Shown piece after piece: positions 1-10,285 of a stretch of 64,000 nt of DNA. This DNA is from a virus (taxonomy: Duplodnaviria > Caudoviricetes): IMG/VR virus record IMGVR_UViG_3300047283_000054. The stretch is one strand, 5' to 3'. The first letter of the stretch is position 1; each line of letters opens with the position of its first letter. The notes beneath the pieces were generated by a model. It ran no database searches. It was given only the letters and a program-made list of their open reading frames with translations, and was not told the DNA's origin. The position numbers and the translations under genes were made by a program.

Positions 1-619
1 CTAAATCGTTGGTTAGTGGTATATCTTTAATAATGTCGTACAATACTTCATTGAGTGCGGCTACGTAGAAATAACCATTGTTATATACAAGTGTCGGCTC
101 CCAATATTTAACTGATTCATATTCGCTAAGACTGTTAATAATATCTTTAGTAATCGGGCAATAGTCTATCATTTCAAAGTAATCTGCACTTAATGTGATT
201 AGCATTTTTAATGTTGTTGGGCCATACTCAATTTCATATTGACGTTTGTCCCTGTGCCATTCCATTGAATGTATTGGATTCTTTTTTAGTGCAGTTAAAA
301 AGTTTTTATTAAAAGGTGATCTAAAAATTATAGTGTCTTTTAAAATAGCAATAGATGCATTTGTATACTGCGGAGAACTTTCTATAACATTACATTTCCA
401 AGGTAATATTAACAAGTTATCAACGTCAAATTTTTGTTGCGTAAACTGTTTACGATATTTTAATGCAATCTTTCTAAAAAGACTATCCTGATTGGTAGTG
501 ATTGTATTCTTTATGCCAATCAGATTGGTTAAGTTATTTACAAATTGTAGGTCATACCTGCTTAATCGTACATTGATAAGCATAAAGGTGCCAACATCTT
601 CAAGCGTCTTAAAATCCAT
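1..619 (-). CDS. Hypothetical phage protein, 3'-truncated by window edge (MDFKTLEDVGTFMLINVRLSRYDLQFVNNL...)
   Basis: Manually translated open frame from ATG at 619 to the window start. Absent from the ORF track because it has no stop. Preceded by TTGTCA-17-TATAAT. Confidence 0.75.
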   Translation of the reverse strand, partial: MDFKTLEDVGTFMLINVRLSRYDLQFVNNLTNLIGIKNTITTNQDSLFRKIALKYRKQFTQQKFDVDNLLILPWKCNVIESSPQYTNASIAILKDTIIFRSPFNKNFLTALKKNPIHSMEWHRDKRQYEIEYGPTTLKMLITLSADYFEMIDYCPITKDIINSLSEYESVKYWEPTLVYNNGYFYVAALNEVLYDIIKDIPLTNDL

Positions 620-664
620 TCTTTATTATATCACATTCAAATATTATTGACAAACATAATGGTT

Positions 665-683
665 AAAGGAGCAATGCTCCTTT
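665..683 (-). terminator. Hairpin/putative intrinsic terminator
   Basis: AAAGGAGC-aat-GCTCCTTT inverted repeat downstream of the AAA ATPase gene. Confidence 0.55.
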
Positions 684-728
684 ATCGGAGAGGACTTATT
701 GACGTTGCCTCTACGCACACTGCAGGGG

Positions 729-1760
729 TTATGCAGATTTCATACACGTTGTACGTGCAAGATTTTTCCAGTTGTTCGGGCTAATCTTTACCAAGTCAGC
801 AATCTTCAAACACATACGCAAGGACACTTCACGCAATTTTGTATGATTGTCCCACATAAAGTCAATTACCATTTGTGATTGTTCTTCTGTGAAATCGTAA
901 TCACTAAACAAACCACCTTCAGCATCACGATGGACCTGCTTGATACGCAACATTTTGTCACGATCACCATCAATAGTCAGGTCCAGAAAGTGACAACGTG
1001 ACTGCAATGCCTCTAAGTGATCCTGCAATTTCTTAGACTTCAAGTTGCCGAATTTCAAGTTAGTGATAAAGATAGCACTACCATTGAAGTTGAAAGTATT
1101 CGGGATACCTTCTTCACGCAACAAACGTGAATCACTATTCCAGCAAATTCTACGAGTCTTGCCTGAATCAAGTGCGGCCTTCAAAATGTTCAATGCCAAG
1201 TCATCGGTAAAAACTGAATCACAATCATCGAAAATCAACACGTTTTTAGTGTCAGAATATTTGTACAACTGAGCATACAAACCCAATGCAGTCATCGCAC
1301 CTTTAACAATGTTAAAGCGAACACGTTTACCTGCAAGTTTGTCAAACATACTTGCTTTTTCCATTTGTGTCTCAACACCATATGACTTACCAACACCGGG
1401 CGGGCCTGATACAATCATAGCACGAATGTCACCATTGATTGCCGCACGTGACATTTCATCAAGGACCTCAAAACGAGCCGCAATACGGTCCATTGCTTCT
1501 GTTTCTGTTTCTTTAGCTACTTCAGCTTTTGCAAATTTTACTGTATTTTCTGTCACAGATTCTCCATTCAAAAATTCAATTTCATTGATACTATCAACAA
1601 GCACCTTAACTTCAGGGATGTTGATTGCGAATTGACCGTCATTTTTAACAGTCACATAACCACCTTTAGCACCGGTCTGAAAACCTTTAACTAATGTAAA
1701 TTCTGTATTGACTACAGATTGTTTACGATAAGAGCCAGAGAGAATGCGAATAGTAGACAT
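729..1760 (-). CDS. AAA+/P-loop ATPase (phage early protein)
   Basis: Walker A GPPGVGKS, Walker B LIFDD, sensor-1-like FITN, ALQSR arginine finger; SD AAGGAA. Confidence 0.85.
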   Translation of the reverse strand: MSTIRILSGSYRKQSVVNTEFTLVKGFQTGAKGGYVTVKNDGQFAINIPEVKVLVDSINEIEFLNGESVTENTVKFAKAEVAKETETEAMDRIAARFEVLDEMSRAAINGDIRAMIVSGPPGVGKSYGVETQMEKASMFDKLAGKRVRFNIVKGAMTALGLYAQLYKYSDTKNVLIFDDCDSVFTDDLALNILKAALDSGKTRRICWNSDSRLLREEGIPNTFNFNGSAIFITNLKFGNLKSKKLQDHLEALQSRCHFLDLTIDGDRDKMLRIKQVHRDAEGGLFSDYDFTEEQSQMVIDFMWDNHTKLREVSLRMCLKIADLVKISPNNWKNLARTTCMKSA

Positions 1761-1791
1761 TTGTTTCCTTTATTTCAGTGTCAATACAAGT

Positions 1792-1820
1792 ATTGTATCA
1801 CGTTATCCATTTATTGTCAA
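1792..1820 (-). promoter_or_regulatory. Sigma70-type early promoter TTGACA-17-TACAAT
   Basis: Consensus -35, 17-nt spacer, -10 TACAAT; carries the shared TTGACAATAAAT motif. Confidence 0.85.
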
Positions 1821-1830
1821 ATTTTGTGCC

Positions 1831-2214
1831 TTAAGCGGCCTTGCGAAAATACCCGTAAGGTAAGCTAAGTGTCCAAGCCAAATACTCATCATCGCCATTA
1901 GTGTCCTCAGCTTCGTGGATCCAACGCATAGCAGTAGCACGGTCCTTAGCACCAGCATCAACCAATGACTGAATCCGTTGCTCAAAAACAACAGTTGCAG
2001 TGGCCTCTGCCTCTTTGCGGGCCTTATCTTCGGCTTCAATAGCTACACCGAGTCCTTCAAATTCTGCTTCAAAATCCTCAAGGGTCCAGTGTGAAGTGTC
2101 AACACCGCGAGGGCGAACGCCGTAAGCGTCCTTATACATATCCCAATACATAGATTGGGCTTGTTCCAATTGTGTCAACTCTTCCCAAGATTTGAATTCT
2201 GTAGTCATTTTCAA
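1831..2214 (-). CDS. Hypothetical early protein
   Basis: 127-aa ORF with SD AAGGAC, downstream of a consensus promoter. Confidence 0.8.
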   Translation of the reverse strand: MKMTTEFKSWEELTQLEQAQSMYWDMYKDAYGVRPRGVDTSHWTLEDFEAEFEGLGVAIEAEDKARKEAEATATVVFEQRIQSLVDAGAKDRATAMRWIHEAEDTNGDDEYLAWTLSLPYGYFRKAA

Positions 2215-2241
2215 GTCCTTTTCTTTACTGTCTAAGATTCT

Positions 2242-2270
2242 ATTATAGCAGAAAACCCATTTATTGTCAA
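2242..2270 (-). promoter_or_regulatory. Sigma70-type early promoter TTGACA-17-TATAAT
   Basis: Perfect consensus -35/-10 with 17-nt spacer. Confidence 0.9.
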
Positions 2271-2274
2271 ATTT

Positions 2275-2499
2275 TTAGCCACGAATTTCAAACGCAAATT
2301 CAGTGCCGGCCCGTGTGACATAAATCTTACGGCCATAGACTGTAATGTAACCCCATTCTCCGTCTTGGTAAATGTCGTGCGGGTCTTTTTCAATAGTGAC
2401 ATTACGGACTATTTCACAGAAACCATTGCGCCAAGTGGGCAATTTCTGATTGAAATACTTGTCGTTGTCACGTTGGACAATGAAGATTTTTGCTTTCAT
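2275..2499 (-). CDS. Hypothetical early protein
   Basis: 74-aa ORF with SD AAGGT, downstream of a consensus promoter. Confidence 0.7.
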   Translation of the reverse strand: MKAKIFIVQRDNDKYFNQKLPTWRNGFCEIVRNVTIEKDPHDIYQDGEWGYITVYGRKIYVTRAGTEFAFEIRG

Positions 2500-2530
2500 T
2501 TTAGACCTTTATTTAACTATCTAAGACTCT

Positions 2531-2559
2531 ATTGTATACCCAAACTGATTTATTGTCAA
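2531..2559 (-). promoter_or_regulatory. Sigma70-type early promoter TTGACA-17-TACAAT
   Basis: Consensus elements, 17-nt spacer. Confidence 0.85.
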
Positions 2560-2586
2560 CCTTTTGCACAAACATAAATAAAATTT

Positions 2587-3885
2587 ATGAACAGAATATT
2601 AGTAGCATTTGATTATTGGGGCCCGAATTATCCACTAAGGAATAATCAAAACTTTAATAAACCATTTTCAGAGTTAATAGTTGATGATACCAGTTGTGAG
2701 TTTTTTAATAAGATACCAAGATATGAATGTGTACCATCATCCATTTTAAAAGATAAAGATTTATTTATTTACCCTATAATAATAGGATTCGGTCAATATG
2801 AATGGCCGTATAATACTGATATTGATATATTATCATCAACCTCAATGTCAATTAATGTAGCTAATAGCATACGTAGTAGAAATGGATTTTTATTTTTAGA
2901 TTTAGGTAACGAGTCGGCAATGACAGATTCTTTATTAGATAAGGTGCATTCATATATGTTAAGTAAAGATATTCCATTAAGGAAGATTATATTTCAAACC
3001 GGAAATAGTAATGGAAGAGAAATATATAAAAACTATTGTTTAAAAAAAGGAATTATTTTTGAAAAAGCAATGAATATATCTTCTATTGAATACTTTGAAT
3101 GGCATACAAGTAAACACTACAATGTAGGTATAAATAATCAAGGGTTTGTACCTTTACCAAAAAATGTAGATTATAGTAAAATTGAAAAAACATTCTTATG
3201 TTTAAATAACAGACAGCGACAACATAGAAAAAATCTGTTTATACTCTGGAATTTAAATGATTTAATTAAAGATAGTTTTTACACAATGCCCAATAAATCC
3301 GGATATACATTTGATACTAAAACATATAGTCTTAATGATTATATAGATACTGATTTAATGCACCGAGTTGGGGTAACACCTGAATACATTAATGAAATAG
3401 AAAAAACATTACCACTTACACTTGATGACCCTAGTAGACCGGTAAATTTATTATCTTTGTTTGTATCGATTGGTACGTATTATCAAAGTAGTTTAATTAG
3501 TATAGTCACTGAAACTAACTTTGAGGGGTCTGAGGTGTCTGATATTTTTAATACAGAAAAGATATTTAAACCAATGATTCATAGACACCCATTTATTCTG
3601 GTGGGTCCATATAAAACATTAGAGAAATTAAGAGAACTTGGTTACAAAACATTTAGTGAGTTTTGGGATGAGAGTTACGATGATATTGAAGATCCTACTG
3701 AACGATTATTAAAAATAGTTGAATTATGTAAATCCATAAATGAATGGAGTGACCTAGAAAAAAAGAGGTTTTTCTATAAATCTATGCTTATTACTAACCA
3801 CAATCATAAACTCTTAACGGAATGTTATCCCAATAACATGCGTAAAAACTTTTGGCATGAATTCAAGGATATAAACTATGAATAG
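2587..3885 (+). CDS. Putative glycosyltransferase-like protein (GT-B/GT10-like C-terminal motif), paralog 1
   Basis: FLCLNNRQRQHR and ISIVTETNF...TEKIFKPM...PFILVG motifs resemble the fucosyltransferase-type E..TEK motif; paralog of 3878-5188. Confidence 0.5.
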   Translation: MNRILVAFDYWGPNYPLRNNQNFNKPFSELIVDDTSCEFFNKIPRYECVPSSILKDKDLFIYPIIIGFGQYEWPYNTDIDILSSTSMSINVANSIRSRNGFLFLDLGNESAMTDSLLDKVHSYMLSKDIPLRKIIFQTGNSNGREIYKNYCLKKGIIFEKAMNISSIEYFEWHTSKHYNVGINNQGFVPLPKNVDYSKIEKTFLCLNNRQRQHRKNLFILWNLNDLIKDSFYTMPNKSGYTFDTKTYSLNDYIDTDLMHRVGVTPEYINEIEKTLPLTLDDPSRPVNLLSLFVSIGTYYQSSLISIVTETNFEGSEVSDIFNTEKIFKPMIHRHPFILVGPYKTLEKLRELGYKTFSEFWDESYDDIEDPTERLLKIVELCKSINEWSDLEKKRFFYKSMLITNHNHKLLTECYPNNMRKNFWHEFKDINYE

Positions 3886-5188
3886 AATATTAGTAGCTTT
3901 TGATTATTTTGCACCTAATTATCCAATACTTAATAATCAAAATTTTAATCAACCATTAACTAAACTATCAATAGATAATGGGGTATACGAGTTTTTTAAA
4001 TCATTAAATGGTTTTGAATGCGTACCATCATTATCATTAAAAGAAATGGATTATTTTGTATATCCAATTCGTTTAGGATTAAAGCCTGATGATTGGATAA
4101 ATCGTCCAGAAATAGATTTATTGGCTACCACTAATATGTCGATTCATACATTTAATGGAATAAGAGGTAGAAATGGATTTTTACTTCTTGATTTGGGACA
4201 TGAATCTATATTAAATGATAAAATTATAGATACTATCCACGAGTATTTAAAACTAAAAGATATTCCTTTAAGAAAGGTAATATTACAAACCGGTAGTGCA
4301 AATGGTGAAAAATACTATAAAGAATATTGTTTTAAAAAACAAATTAGTAAAGGAATCAATATATGTTGTATAGAATATTTTGAATGGATGAGTAGTAGAT
4401 TAGTAACAGAAAATAAAAAAATTAATAATAAAATTCTTCCAAAAAATGTAGACTATAGTAAAATTGAAAAAACATTTTTATGCCTAAATAGAGTACATCG
4501 ATGGCATCGTGTTAATTTATTTGTGTTATGGAATATCAATAATCTAATGGAAGATTCTTATTATACAATGGATAACAAATCCAATTTTCCTGTAGGTGAG
4601 AATTATGATAATGATATTTGGAGAAGAACTATTGATGTTAAATTAGTTAATAAATTAGGATTAACTGAAGAAGTCATAGATAAAATACAAGCCACATTAC
4701 CTTTAAAAATAGATGAGTTTTTGGAACCGGATGTTATGGCTGAATTATTTAGTACCATAGATCCGTATTATCAAAGTAGTTTAATTAGTGTGGTAACTGA
4801 AACCAATTTTCAAAACAACGATATTTTTAATACAGAAAAGATATTTAAACCAATGATTCATAGACACCCATTTATTCTAGTAGGTGCATATAAAACTTTA
4901 GAATATTTAAAAAATATGGGATATAAAACATTCAGCGATTTTTGGGATGAATCATATGATGATATTGAAGATCCATTTGAAAGATTATTAAAAATAGTAG
5001 AAATTTGTAAAGATATACAGAGTTGGGATGATGTTAAAAGAAAAAAATTTTTCTATAAGTCAATGGTTATAACTACTCACAATTATGATTTATTAACTTC
5101 TCAATATCCTGACAATATGCGTAAAAACTTTTGGCATAGATTAAGAGATTATGCTGTATTTCAACGGGATAAAGATAAATCTATTTAA
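3878..5188 (+). CDS. Putative glycosyltransferase-like protein, paralog 2
   Basis: Same N-terminus (MNRILVAFDY) and TETNF...TEKIFKPMIHRHPF motif as 2587-3885. Confidence 0.5.
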   Translation: MNRILVAFDYFAPNYPILNNQNFNQPLTKLSIDNGVYEFFKSLNGFECVPSLSLKEMDYFVYPIRLGLKPDDWINRPEIDLLATTNMSIHTFNGIRGRNGFLLLDLGHESILNDKIIDTIHEYLKLKDIPLRKVILQTGSANGEKYYKEYCFKKQISKGINICCIEYFEWMSSRLVTENKKINNKILPKNVDYSKIEKTFLCLNRVHRWHRVNLFVLWNINNLMEDSYYTMDNKSNFPVGENYDNDIWRRTIDVKLVNKLGLTEEVIDKIQATLPLKIDEFLEPDVMAELFSTIDPYYQSSLISVVTETNFQNNDIFNTEKIFKPMIHRHPFILVGAYKTLEYLKNMGYKTFSDFWDESYDDIEDPFERLLKIVEICKDIQSWDDVKRKKFFYKSMVITTHNYDLLTSQYPDNMRKNFWHRLRDYAVFQRDKDKSI

Positions 5189-6210
5189 ATAAATCCCTTG
5201 ATGACCTGACTATAATCATTAATAGCATATTGTATTTTGTTATTAGTTGAGTTAGGTCTGCAAGGTTTACAAAAACTTGTTATAAAGTTATTATAAATTT
5301 CTTTGTGCTTATCACTACACCATATATCTCTAAAATCATCATCTATCCAAGAGCCTAATTTAGTATCTTCTCGACCCTTGTACTCACAGCATAGATAAAT
5401 GTTTCCGTCAGCACAAAAACTAGGAAACAAAAACATCTGGTGGCATCGTCTGTATTCTCTTGCATCATATCTACCCAATGATACATCTGCCTTGATACCA
5501 TAGAATTCGCTTGCAGTTTTGATTCTGTTTGCGACTTCATCATTCATTATGAAACTATGTCCATTCAAAACCATAGGGCGTAAATGCACTGCACGTGCTT
5601 TCACATCTTTTGCATATTCAAATATGCTGTTGATTTCTATTTGACTTGTGTTCTCCGGCATTAACAATGCTTTTACATCTAATGGAACACCCCTACTACC
5701 TAACTCTTTTGCAGTCTCTTTAACTCTATCAAATGGACAAGCTGACATTTTACTATTACGTATTAACTCATACGTATTAGGATTACCACTATCAATATCA
5801 AGTCCTACATAAGCCATGCGCTTTAGCTTATCAGTATTGATAGTTAATAACTTATGTAACTTTGTACCATTTGTATTCATTGCGGCAACATAACCCTTGT
5901 CAATTACATCCTCTAGTAAATCTTCATAGCCTGGAAGTAATGTAGGTTCACCTCCACCACTAAAGATTACATTACTTAATGTACCTATGACGTTACTGTC
6001 ATGTTGTCTCCACGTATGTAGTCTGTCAATGAGTTTGCTATACTGTTCCACAGACTGGTACACCGGCAAGTCATTTCTGAATTGCTCGGTGTTGCAGTAA
6101 TAGCAGGCTTGATTGCAGATATTTGTAGTGTCTAAGTCTATCTGCCAGGGTAGTATCTTACCAGGTATGTTACCTTGTATCCAACGTGAAATTAATTGAT
6201 ATTGATCCAT
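5185..6210 (-). CDS. Radical SAM protein with C-terminal SPASM/twitch-like domain
   Basis: CNQACYYC, SGGGEP, C-terminal C...CADGNIYLCC...CKPC. Confidence 0.9.
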   Translation of the reverse strand: MDQYQLISRWIQGNIPGKILPWQIDLDTTNICNQACYYCNTEQFRNDLPVYQSVEQYSKLIDRLHTWRQHDSNVIGTLSNVIFSGGGEPTLLPGYEDLLEDVIDKGYVAAMNTNGTKLHKLLTINTDKLKRMAYVGLDIDSGNPNTYELIRNSKMSACPFDRVKETAKELGSRGVPLDVKALLMPENTSQIEINSIFEYAKDVKARAVHLRPMVLNGHSFIMNDEVANRIKTASEFYGIKADVSLGRYDAREYRRCHQMFLFPSFCADGNIYLCCEYKGREDTKLGSWIDDDFRDIWCSDKHKEIYNNFITSFCKPCRPNSTNNKIQYAINDYSQVIKGFI

Positions 6211-6219
6211 TAATCATAT

Positions 6220-7026
6220 TTAGACAAATTTAAACTTGTTATCTATTCTTAGAAACTCGTATCCATCTCTTGATTTTTTTCGGTATATGCCGTCAATGAT
6301 AACATCTGTATTATTAATTGTCATATCTAATAATGAAATTAATGGGTTAGTTATCTCAAAATTAAGTGCGACCAAGTTATTATGATTATCACTAAACCAA
6401 TATTCTTTACATTTAAACCGTTTTTTATTTACTGTTAGTTGTTTCACAAACTTCAATTTCTTTTTATCTGGTTGCAACAAACCATCTTGTCGCTTAACTT
6501 CTTTGTTGTATTCAAATAACATTTTTTCAAATTCAATATCATATTCGTAGAATTCAGGTAGACGATATGCTAATGGAATCATATCTTCTTTGAACGTTTT
6601 ACCATCACTATGTACAAAGGTATTTAAATCTTTGCGGAAAGAAGTAAATCCCACATTCTTAAGTTTCCACACCATGATTTTCTTACTATAGTAATCACGT
6701 ATATTATTAGCTTGAACAATATCATCTTCACTTACTAATCGGAATAATTCACTATCTAATAGTTTAGTGATAGTAGGACGTACCTTAAGGTCATCTTTAA
6801 CTTTGCGATATCGTGCCCAACATACACTTAGTGCAAGAAGGTCTTGACTGATTTCATAGACTTCATATTTTTTGACGTTATCATTGAATGCAAATTCTAA
6901 ATCACCTAAACTGATACTATTATTATAACCAGATATATTACTTAGTGAAATAGTATTTTGGCTTGCGGCTGCGATACCGATTCCACCACTACTACCATTG
7001 ATTATCCAGGGGTTATTATTTGACAT
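6220..7026 (-). CDS. Hypothetical protein
   Basis: Long ORF; the likely start is ATG 7026 (MSNNNPW) just after the uvsY stop. Confidence 0.7.
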   Translation of the reverse strand: MSNNNPWIINGSSGGIGIAAASQNTISLSNISGYNNSISLGDLEFAFNDNVKKYEVYEISQDLLALSVCWARYRKVKDDLKVRPTITKLLDSELFRLVSEDDIVQANNIRDYYSKKIMVWKLKNVGFTSFRKDLNTFVHSDGKTFKEDMIPLAYRLPEFYEYDIEFEKMLFEYNKEVKRQDGLLQPDKKKLKFVKQLTVNKKRFKCKEYWFSDNHNNLVALNFEITNPLISLLDMTINNTDVIIDGIYRKKSRDGYEFLRIDNKFKFV

Positions 7027-7028
7027 GT

Positions 7029-7490
7029 TTATCCTATTGTAATATCTTCCATACCGGCTGTGCGTAATCTTACAATGTGACCCATCTGCCATTGTTTAGC
7101 TTCAAGACCCTTCATAATGCCCAACCACTTATTTCTTAACAGTGCCACTTCATTGATAAGTGTTTCAAAGTCAACTACCTCATCTTCACCATCAACGTAC
7201 TTCTCAGCATCACGGCTTGTCAATACTCTATTATACGCTTCTAAATATTTTTGAAAATGCTTTCGGCGAATTTGCCGTAATTTAATATTGAGATAGTTCA
7301 ATACTGCTTCTATCTCTTGTAGTTGATTAAAACGATGTTCGGTAACTCCGGGAATAGCGGCAATGTTCTTTTCAACATTACCGTATACCTTTACCTCACT
7401 TTTTGCAGATAATAATTCATTCTCAAAATGAGAGATGAAATCGGGTATCACATTTAAATTTTGTGATACCCTTGTGTACCAATTTGACAT
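7029..7490 (-). CDS. uvsY: UvsY-like recombination mediator
   Basis: 153-aa helical protein (KYVDGE...KWLGIMKGLEAKQW) downstream of uvsX, T4-like synteny. Confidence 0.75.
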   Translation of the reverse strand: MSNWYTRVSQNLNVIPDFISHFENELLSAKSEVKVYGNVEKNIAAIPGVTEHRFNQLQEIEAVLNYLNIKLRQIRRKHFQKYLEAYNRVLTSRDAEKYVDGEDEVVDFETLINEVALLRNKWLGIMKGLEAKQWQMGHIVRLRTAGMEDITIG

Positions 7491-7742
7491 TTAATCCCAT
7501 TCTTCTTGGTCTTCGTCTTCATCATAATCTTCATACGATTCTTCAGTATCTTGATGTGCTAAATTCTCTTTAAGAGCAGTTAGCATTTCTTTATCGCCTT
7601 TAAAGGCATCTTTGATATCTTCAGCTTCGTAATTGTTATCAATCAGTAGATTGATTAGTGAATCGGCCGCATCAGTGCGGTCATTGAAATCAATATGAGA
7701 ACGCAATGCGTCCCATACTTCCGCAACAAAATCTAATTTCAT
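7491..7742 (-). CDS. Small acidic hypothetical protein
   Basis: 83 aa with a D/E-rich C-terminus; overlaps the uvsX stop. Confidence 0.7.
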   Translation of the reverse strand: MKLDFVAEVWDALRSHIDFNDRTDAADSLINLLIDNNYEAEDIKDAFKGDKEMLTALKENLAHQDTEESYEDYDEDEDQEEWD

Positions 7743-8806
7743 TCTGTAACATCCTCCTCCGATGATACATTACTTATCTTTGTTGTTGATTTTTGTGAAT
7801 ACTCAGTCATAACTTTGTCTAAGCATCCATCACTATTTGCTTCCCAAGCTTTACGAAACTTTTTAATGATTTCACCATCAAGTGTTGTATAAACAAGACT
7901 GTTACCTTCTTTCTTAACAAGTTCAGCCTTCTCAATCATATCTAATAGACCTGAATAAGGACTCATACCTGTTTCATACGGAATCTTAACTTGCACTGAT
8001 TCAAATGGTTTCGCATAACGAGTTTTCATAATCTTACAGGCTGCACGAATACCTCGTACATCACTAATCTTATTACCATCTTCATCTTCTTTAAGTTTCA
8101 ATTTCTTCATAGCAACTACGATGGAGCTTGCATAAACGAAACCTTGACCGCCTGAGATTTTATCATCTGGATCAAACATATCTTGTGAAGCATATGTGTG
8201 ATTAGTAGCTACTAAACCAATACCTAATGAACCAAACATATTAACACAGTTGCGAACAAGTGCTGTTAGTGCTTTAGGCTTACGACCCATATCACCTTTC
8301 ATATCACCTGCTTCAAACTGATTAACGTCAGTGGGAGTTAATAACATACCCAATGAATCAATTACAAATAATACCTTAGGACGATCTGTTTCAGGCAGTG
8401 CTTTGTAGTCTTTAACGAACATAGAAATAGTTTTTCCTACTTCGTCAATCATAGCCATATTTAATTTAAGCAACTTACTGTCGTCAGTTGATACGCCAAG
8501 TGCGTGTAGCCATGCTTCGTCAAGGGCATTCTCAGAGTCAACTAAGACTACAAAGATTCCTTGTTGTTGTGCGTGTCTAACAAGGTTTCCTGAGCAGATG
8601 AATGACTTTCCTGCTCCTGACTCTCCGGCAAAGACAGTAACTTTACCAAGAGGTACGCCTTTATTAAAATCACCGCTAATGAGATAATTGAGAGCATAAT
8701 TTCCTGTCGAGATCCAATCAGTGGGATCGTTAAATCCTATTGATAGACCTTCAATACTTTTTGTAATGTCCTTGCGGAACTTACTAATGTCAAAAGGTTT
8801 TCCCAT
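7739..8806 (-). CDS. uvsX: UvsX/RecA-like recombinase
   Basis: Walker A GESGAGKS, DSENA, VIDSLG, GGQG and KTR motifs of the RecA family. Confidence 0.93.
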   Translation of the reverse strand: MGKPFDISKFRKDITKSIEGLSIGFNDPTDWISTGNYALNYLISGDFNKGVPLGKVTVFAGESGAGKSFICSGNLVRHAQQQGIFVVLVDSENALDEAWLHALGVSTDDSKLLKLNMAMIDEVGKTISMFVKDYKALPETDRPKVLFVIDSLGMLLTPTDVNQFEAGDMKGDMGRKPKALTALVRNCVNMFGSLGIGLVATNHTYASQDMFDPDDKISGGQGFVYASSIVVAMKKLKLKEDEDGNKISDVRGIRAACKIMKTRYAKPFESVQVKIPYETGMSPYSGLLDMIEKAELVKKEGNSLVYTTLDGEIIKKFRKAWEANSDGCLDKVMTEYSQKSTTKISNVSSEEDVTE

Positions 8807-8807
8807 T

Positions 8808-8999
8808 TTAATTATCTACTTCCATTGCTAATGCTTCTTTGATTACTGCAAAGAGTTCTTCACTAGTAGTGCAAAGAATCTTGCAGTTCGTCCAATCATT
8901 TTCATTATCACGACCACCTACTTCAATCATAAAGCCATTATCATATCGGTTAACGGTAAATGATTCATTTACTTTGTTTAATTTTTCTAGGTATTTCAT
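8808..8999 (-). CDS. Hypothetical protein
   Basis: 63-aa ORF with SD AAGGAA inside the replication operon. Confidence 0.7.
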   Translation of the reverse strand: MKYLEKLNKVNESFTVNRYDNGFMIEVGGRDNENDWTNCKILCTTSEELFAVIKEALAMEVDN

Positions 9000-9007
9000 A
9001 TCATTCC

Positions 9008-9241
9008 TTATTGTTTGTGTATTCCGTTAGTATACACACTAAACGGTTGTTTGTCTAGCATATCTGGACATTTTTCTGCGATAGATTCTAATTCCCAATC
9101 ATTTGGGAAATGTCGTAATGCCCCTCTAGCCCTATCTCTGATTAAGCTAGGAACACGTGGAGTTTTACCTGGATCGCATAATTCTTCCAATAGTTTTTTA
9201 CCCTGCTTTAGGGCACGGTATCTTTCGTCAGGTAGTGTCAT
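9008..9241 (-). CDS. Hypothetical protein (resembles BPSL0761-family small proteins)
   Basis: MTLPDERYRAL...ALRHFP pattern; SD AAGGAG. Confidence 0.6.
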   Translation of the reverse strand: MTLPDERYRALKQGKKLLEELCDPGKTPRVPSLIRDRARGALRHFPNDWELESIAEKCPDMLDKQPFSVYTNGIHKQ

Positions 9242-9258
9242 CTAGTTCTCCTTAGGAA

Positions 9259-9272
9259 GGGGCCGAAGCCCC
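9259..9272 (-). terminator. GC-rich UUCG hairpin after gp32
   Basis: GGGGC-TTCG-GCCCC on the minus strand; weak U tract. Confidence 0.5.
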
Positions 9273-9280
9273 ATCACCTA

Positions 9281-10285
9281 TTAAGACTTATTTTGTCTAG
9301 CACGAATCATTGCTAGAATGTCTTGTGCTTTGTCACTTGATGTACCAGCTGCCGGTACACTAACCGGCGCAGTTGTTGTTGCAGGCTCATCTTCCCACGG
9401 TGCTGAAGTCTCTGCTACGGGTGCTGTTGCGGGTGCTCTAGTTCCAGTAGTAGCTGTTTGTTTATCCGCTGTCGCTCCTGCAGGTGCTTCTAGTCCCCAA
9501 GGACGATAGTAACTACCCCAACGCTCATTGTCAAAAGGTTGACCATCTACTGATGCTTCAAACATTTCTTTAATGATGCGTAACTCTGCTTCATTAGGCT
9601 TCTTGGGCAAGAAGTCTGTTAAGTTGAACAAACCATGTGCTTCAATTGCGGCTTGCTCTGACTCATTCAATGGTGATTCTTTACGTGCCCAATTACTAGT
9701 AGAGTAATCTGCGTAACCACCTTTACTTGTTTTCTTAATGTTGAAGTCAACACCGTGCAAGTAATCTGTTGGCAATTCTTCCATTTCAGGATCCATCAAA
9801 CTAGATTTAATCACATTGAAAATTTGTGAACTGATAACAAACCTGCGAATTGGGTTTGCAGGAACTTTGTCATCACCTAGTGGGTTCTGACGTACAAAAC
9901 CCTGAAAAATATAACTGCGTTTCTTCCAATACTTGTTTGCCATTTCTTTCAATGTTTCGTCTTTATACCAAGGACGAACTTCTGCCAAGATTGGGCAAGT
10001 CTCGCCTGTACCATACATTTCAATACAAGGTACTTGAACGATTGTTTGCTTGATGTTAGGATCACCCTTGACACCATTGAACGGCAACTTAATTAGTTGA
10101 CGCTCTACCCAGAAGAATGTATTGCTACTATTTGCGTCAGGCAAGAAACGAACTGTTGCTGTCGTGCCTTCATCAATGTTCCAATGGGGGTAGATAGAGT
10201 TATCTGATTGAGTATTAGAACTCTTGTTGTTTGTTTTGTTGTCTTGTGCCGCGATACGAGCACGAATGTCTGCTAATGATGCCAT
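9281..10285 (-). CDS. T4 gp32-like single-stranded DNA-binding protein
   Basis: ATVRFLP, CPI, YWKKRSY, DFNIKKT..GGYADYSTS motifs; low-complexity C-terminal tail; next to uvsX. Confidence 0.85.
   Translation of the reverse strand: MASLADIRARIAAQDNKTNNKSSNTQSDNSIYPHWNIDEGTTATVRFLPDANSSNTFFWVERQLIKLPFNGVKGDPNIKQTIVQVPCIEMYGTGETCPILAEVRPWYKDETLKEMANKYWKKRSYIFQGFVRQNPLGDDKVPANPIRRFVISSQIFNVIKSSLMDPEMEELPTDYLHGVDFNIKKTSKGGYADYSTSNWARKESPLNESEQAAIEAHGLFNLTDFLPKKPNEAELRIIKEMFEASVDGQPFDNERWGSYYRPWGLEAPAGATADKQTATTGTRAPATAPVAETSAPWEDEPATTTAPVSVPAAGTSSDKAQDILAMIRARQNKS

Noticed and set aside
1831-1845. C-terminal RKAA as an ssrA-like degron on an early protein
   Set aside because: A single instance of a two-residue match is too weak to distinguish from chance.
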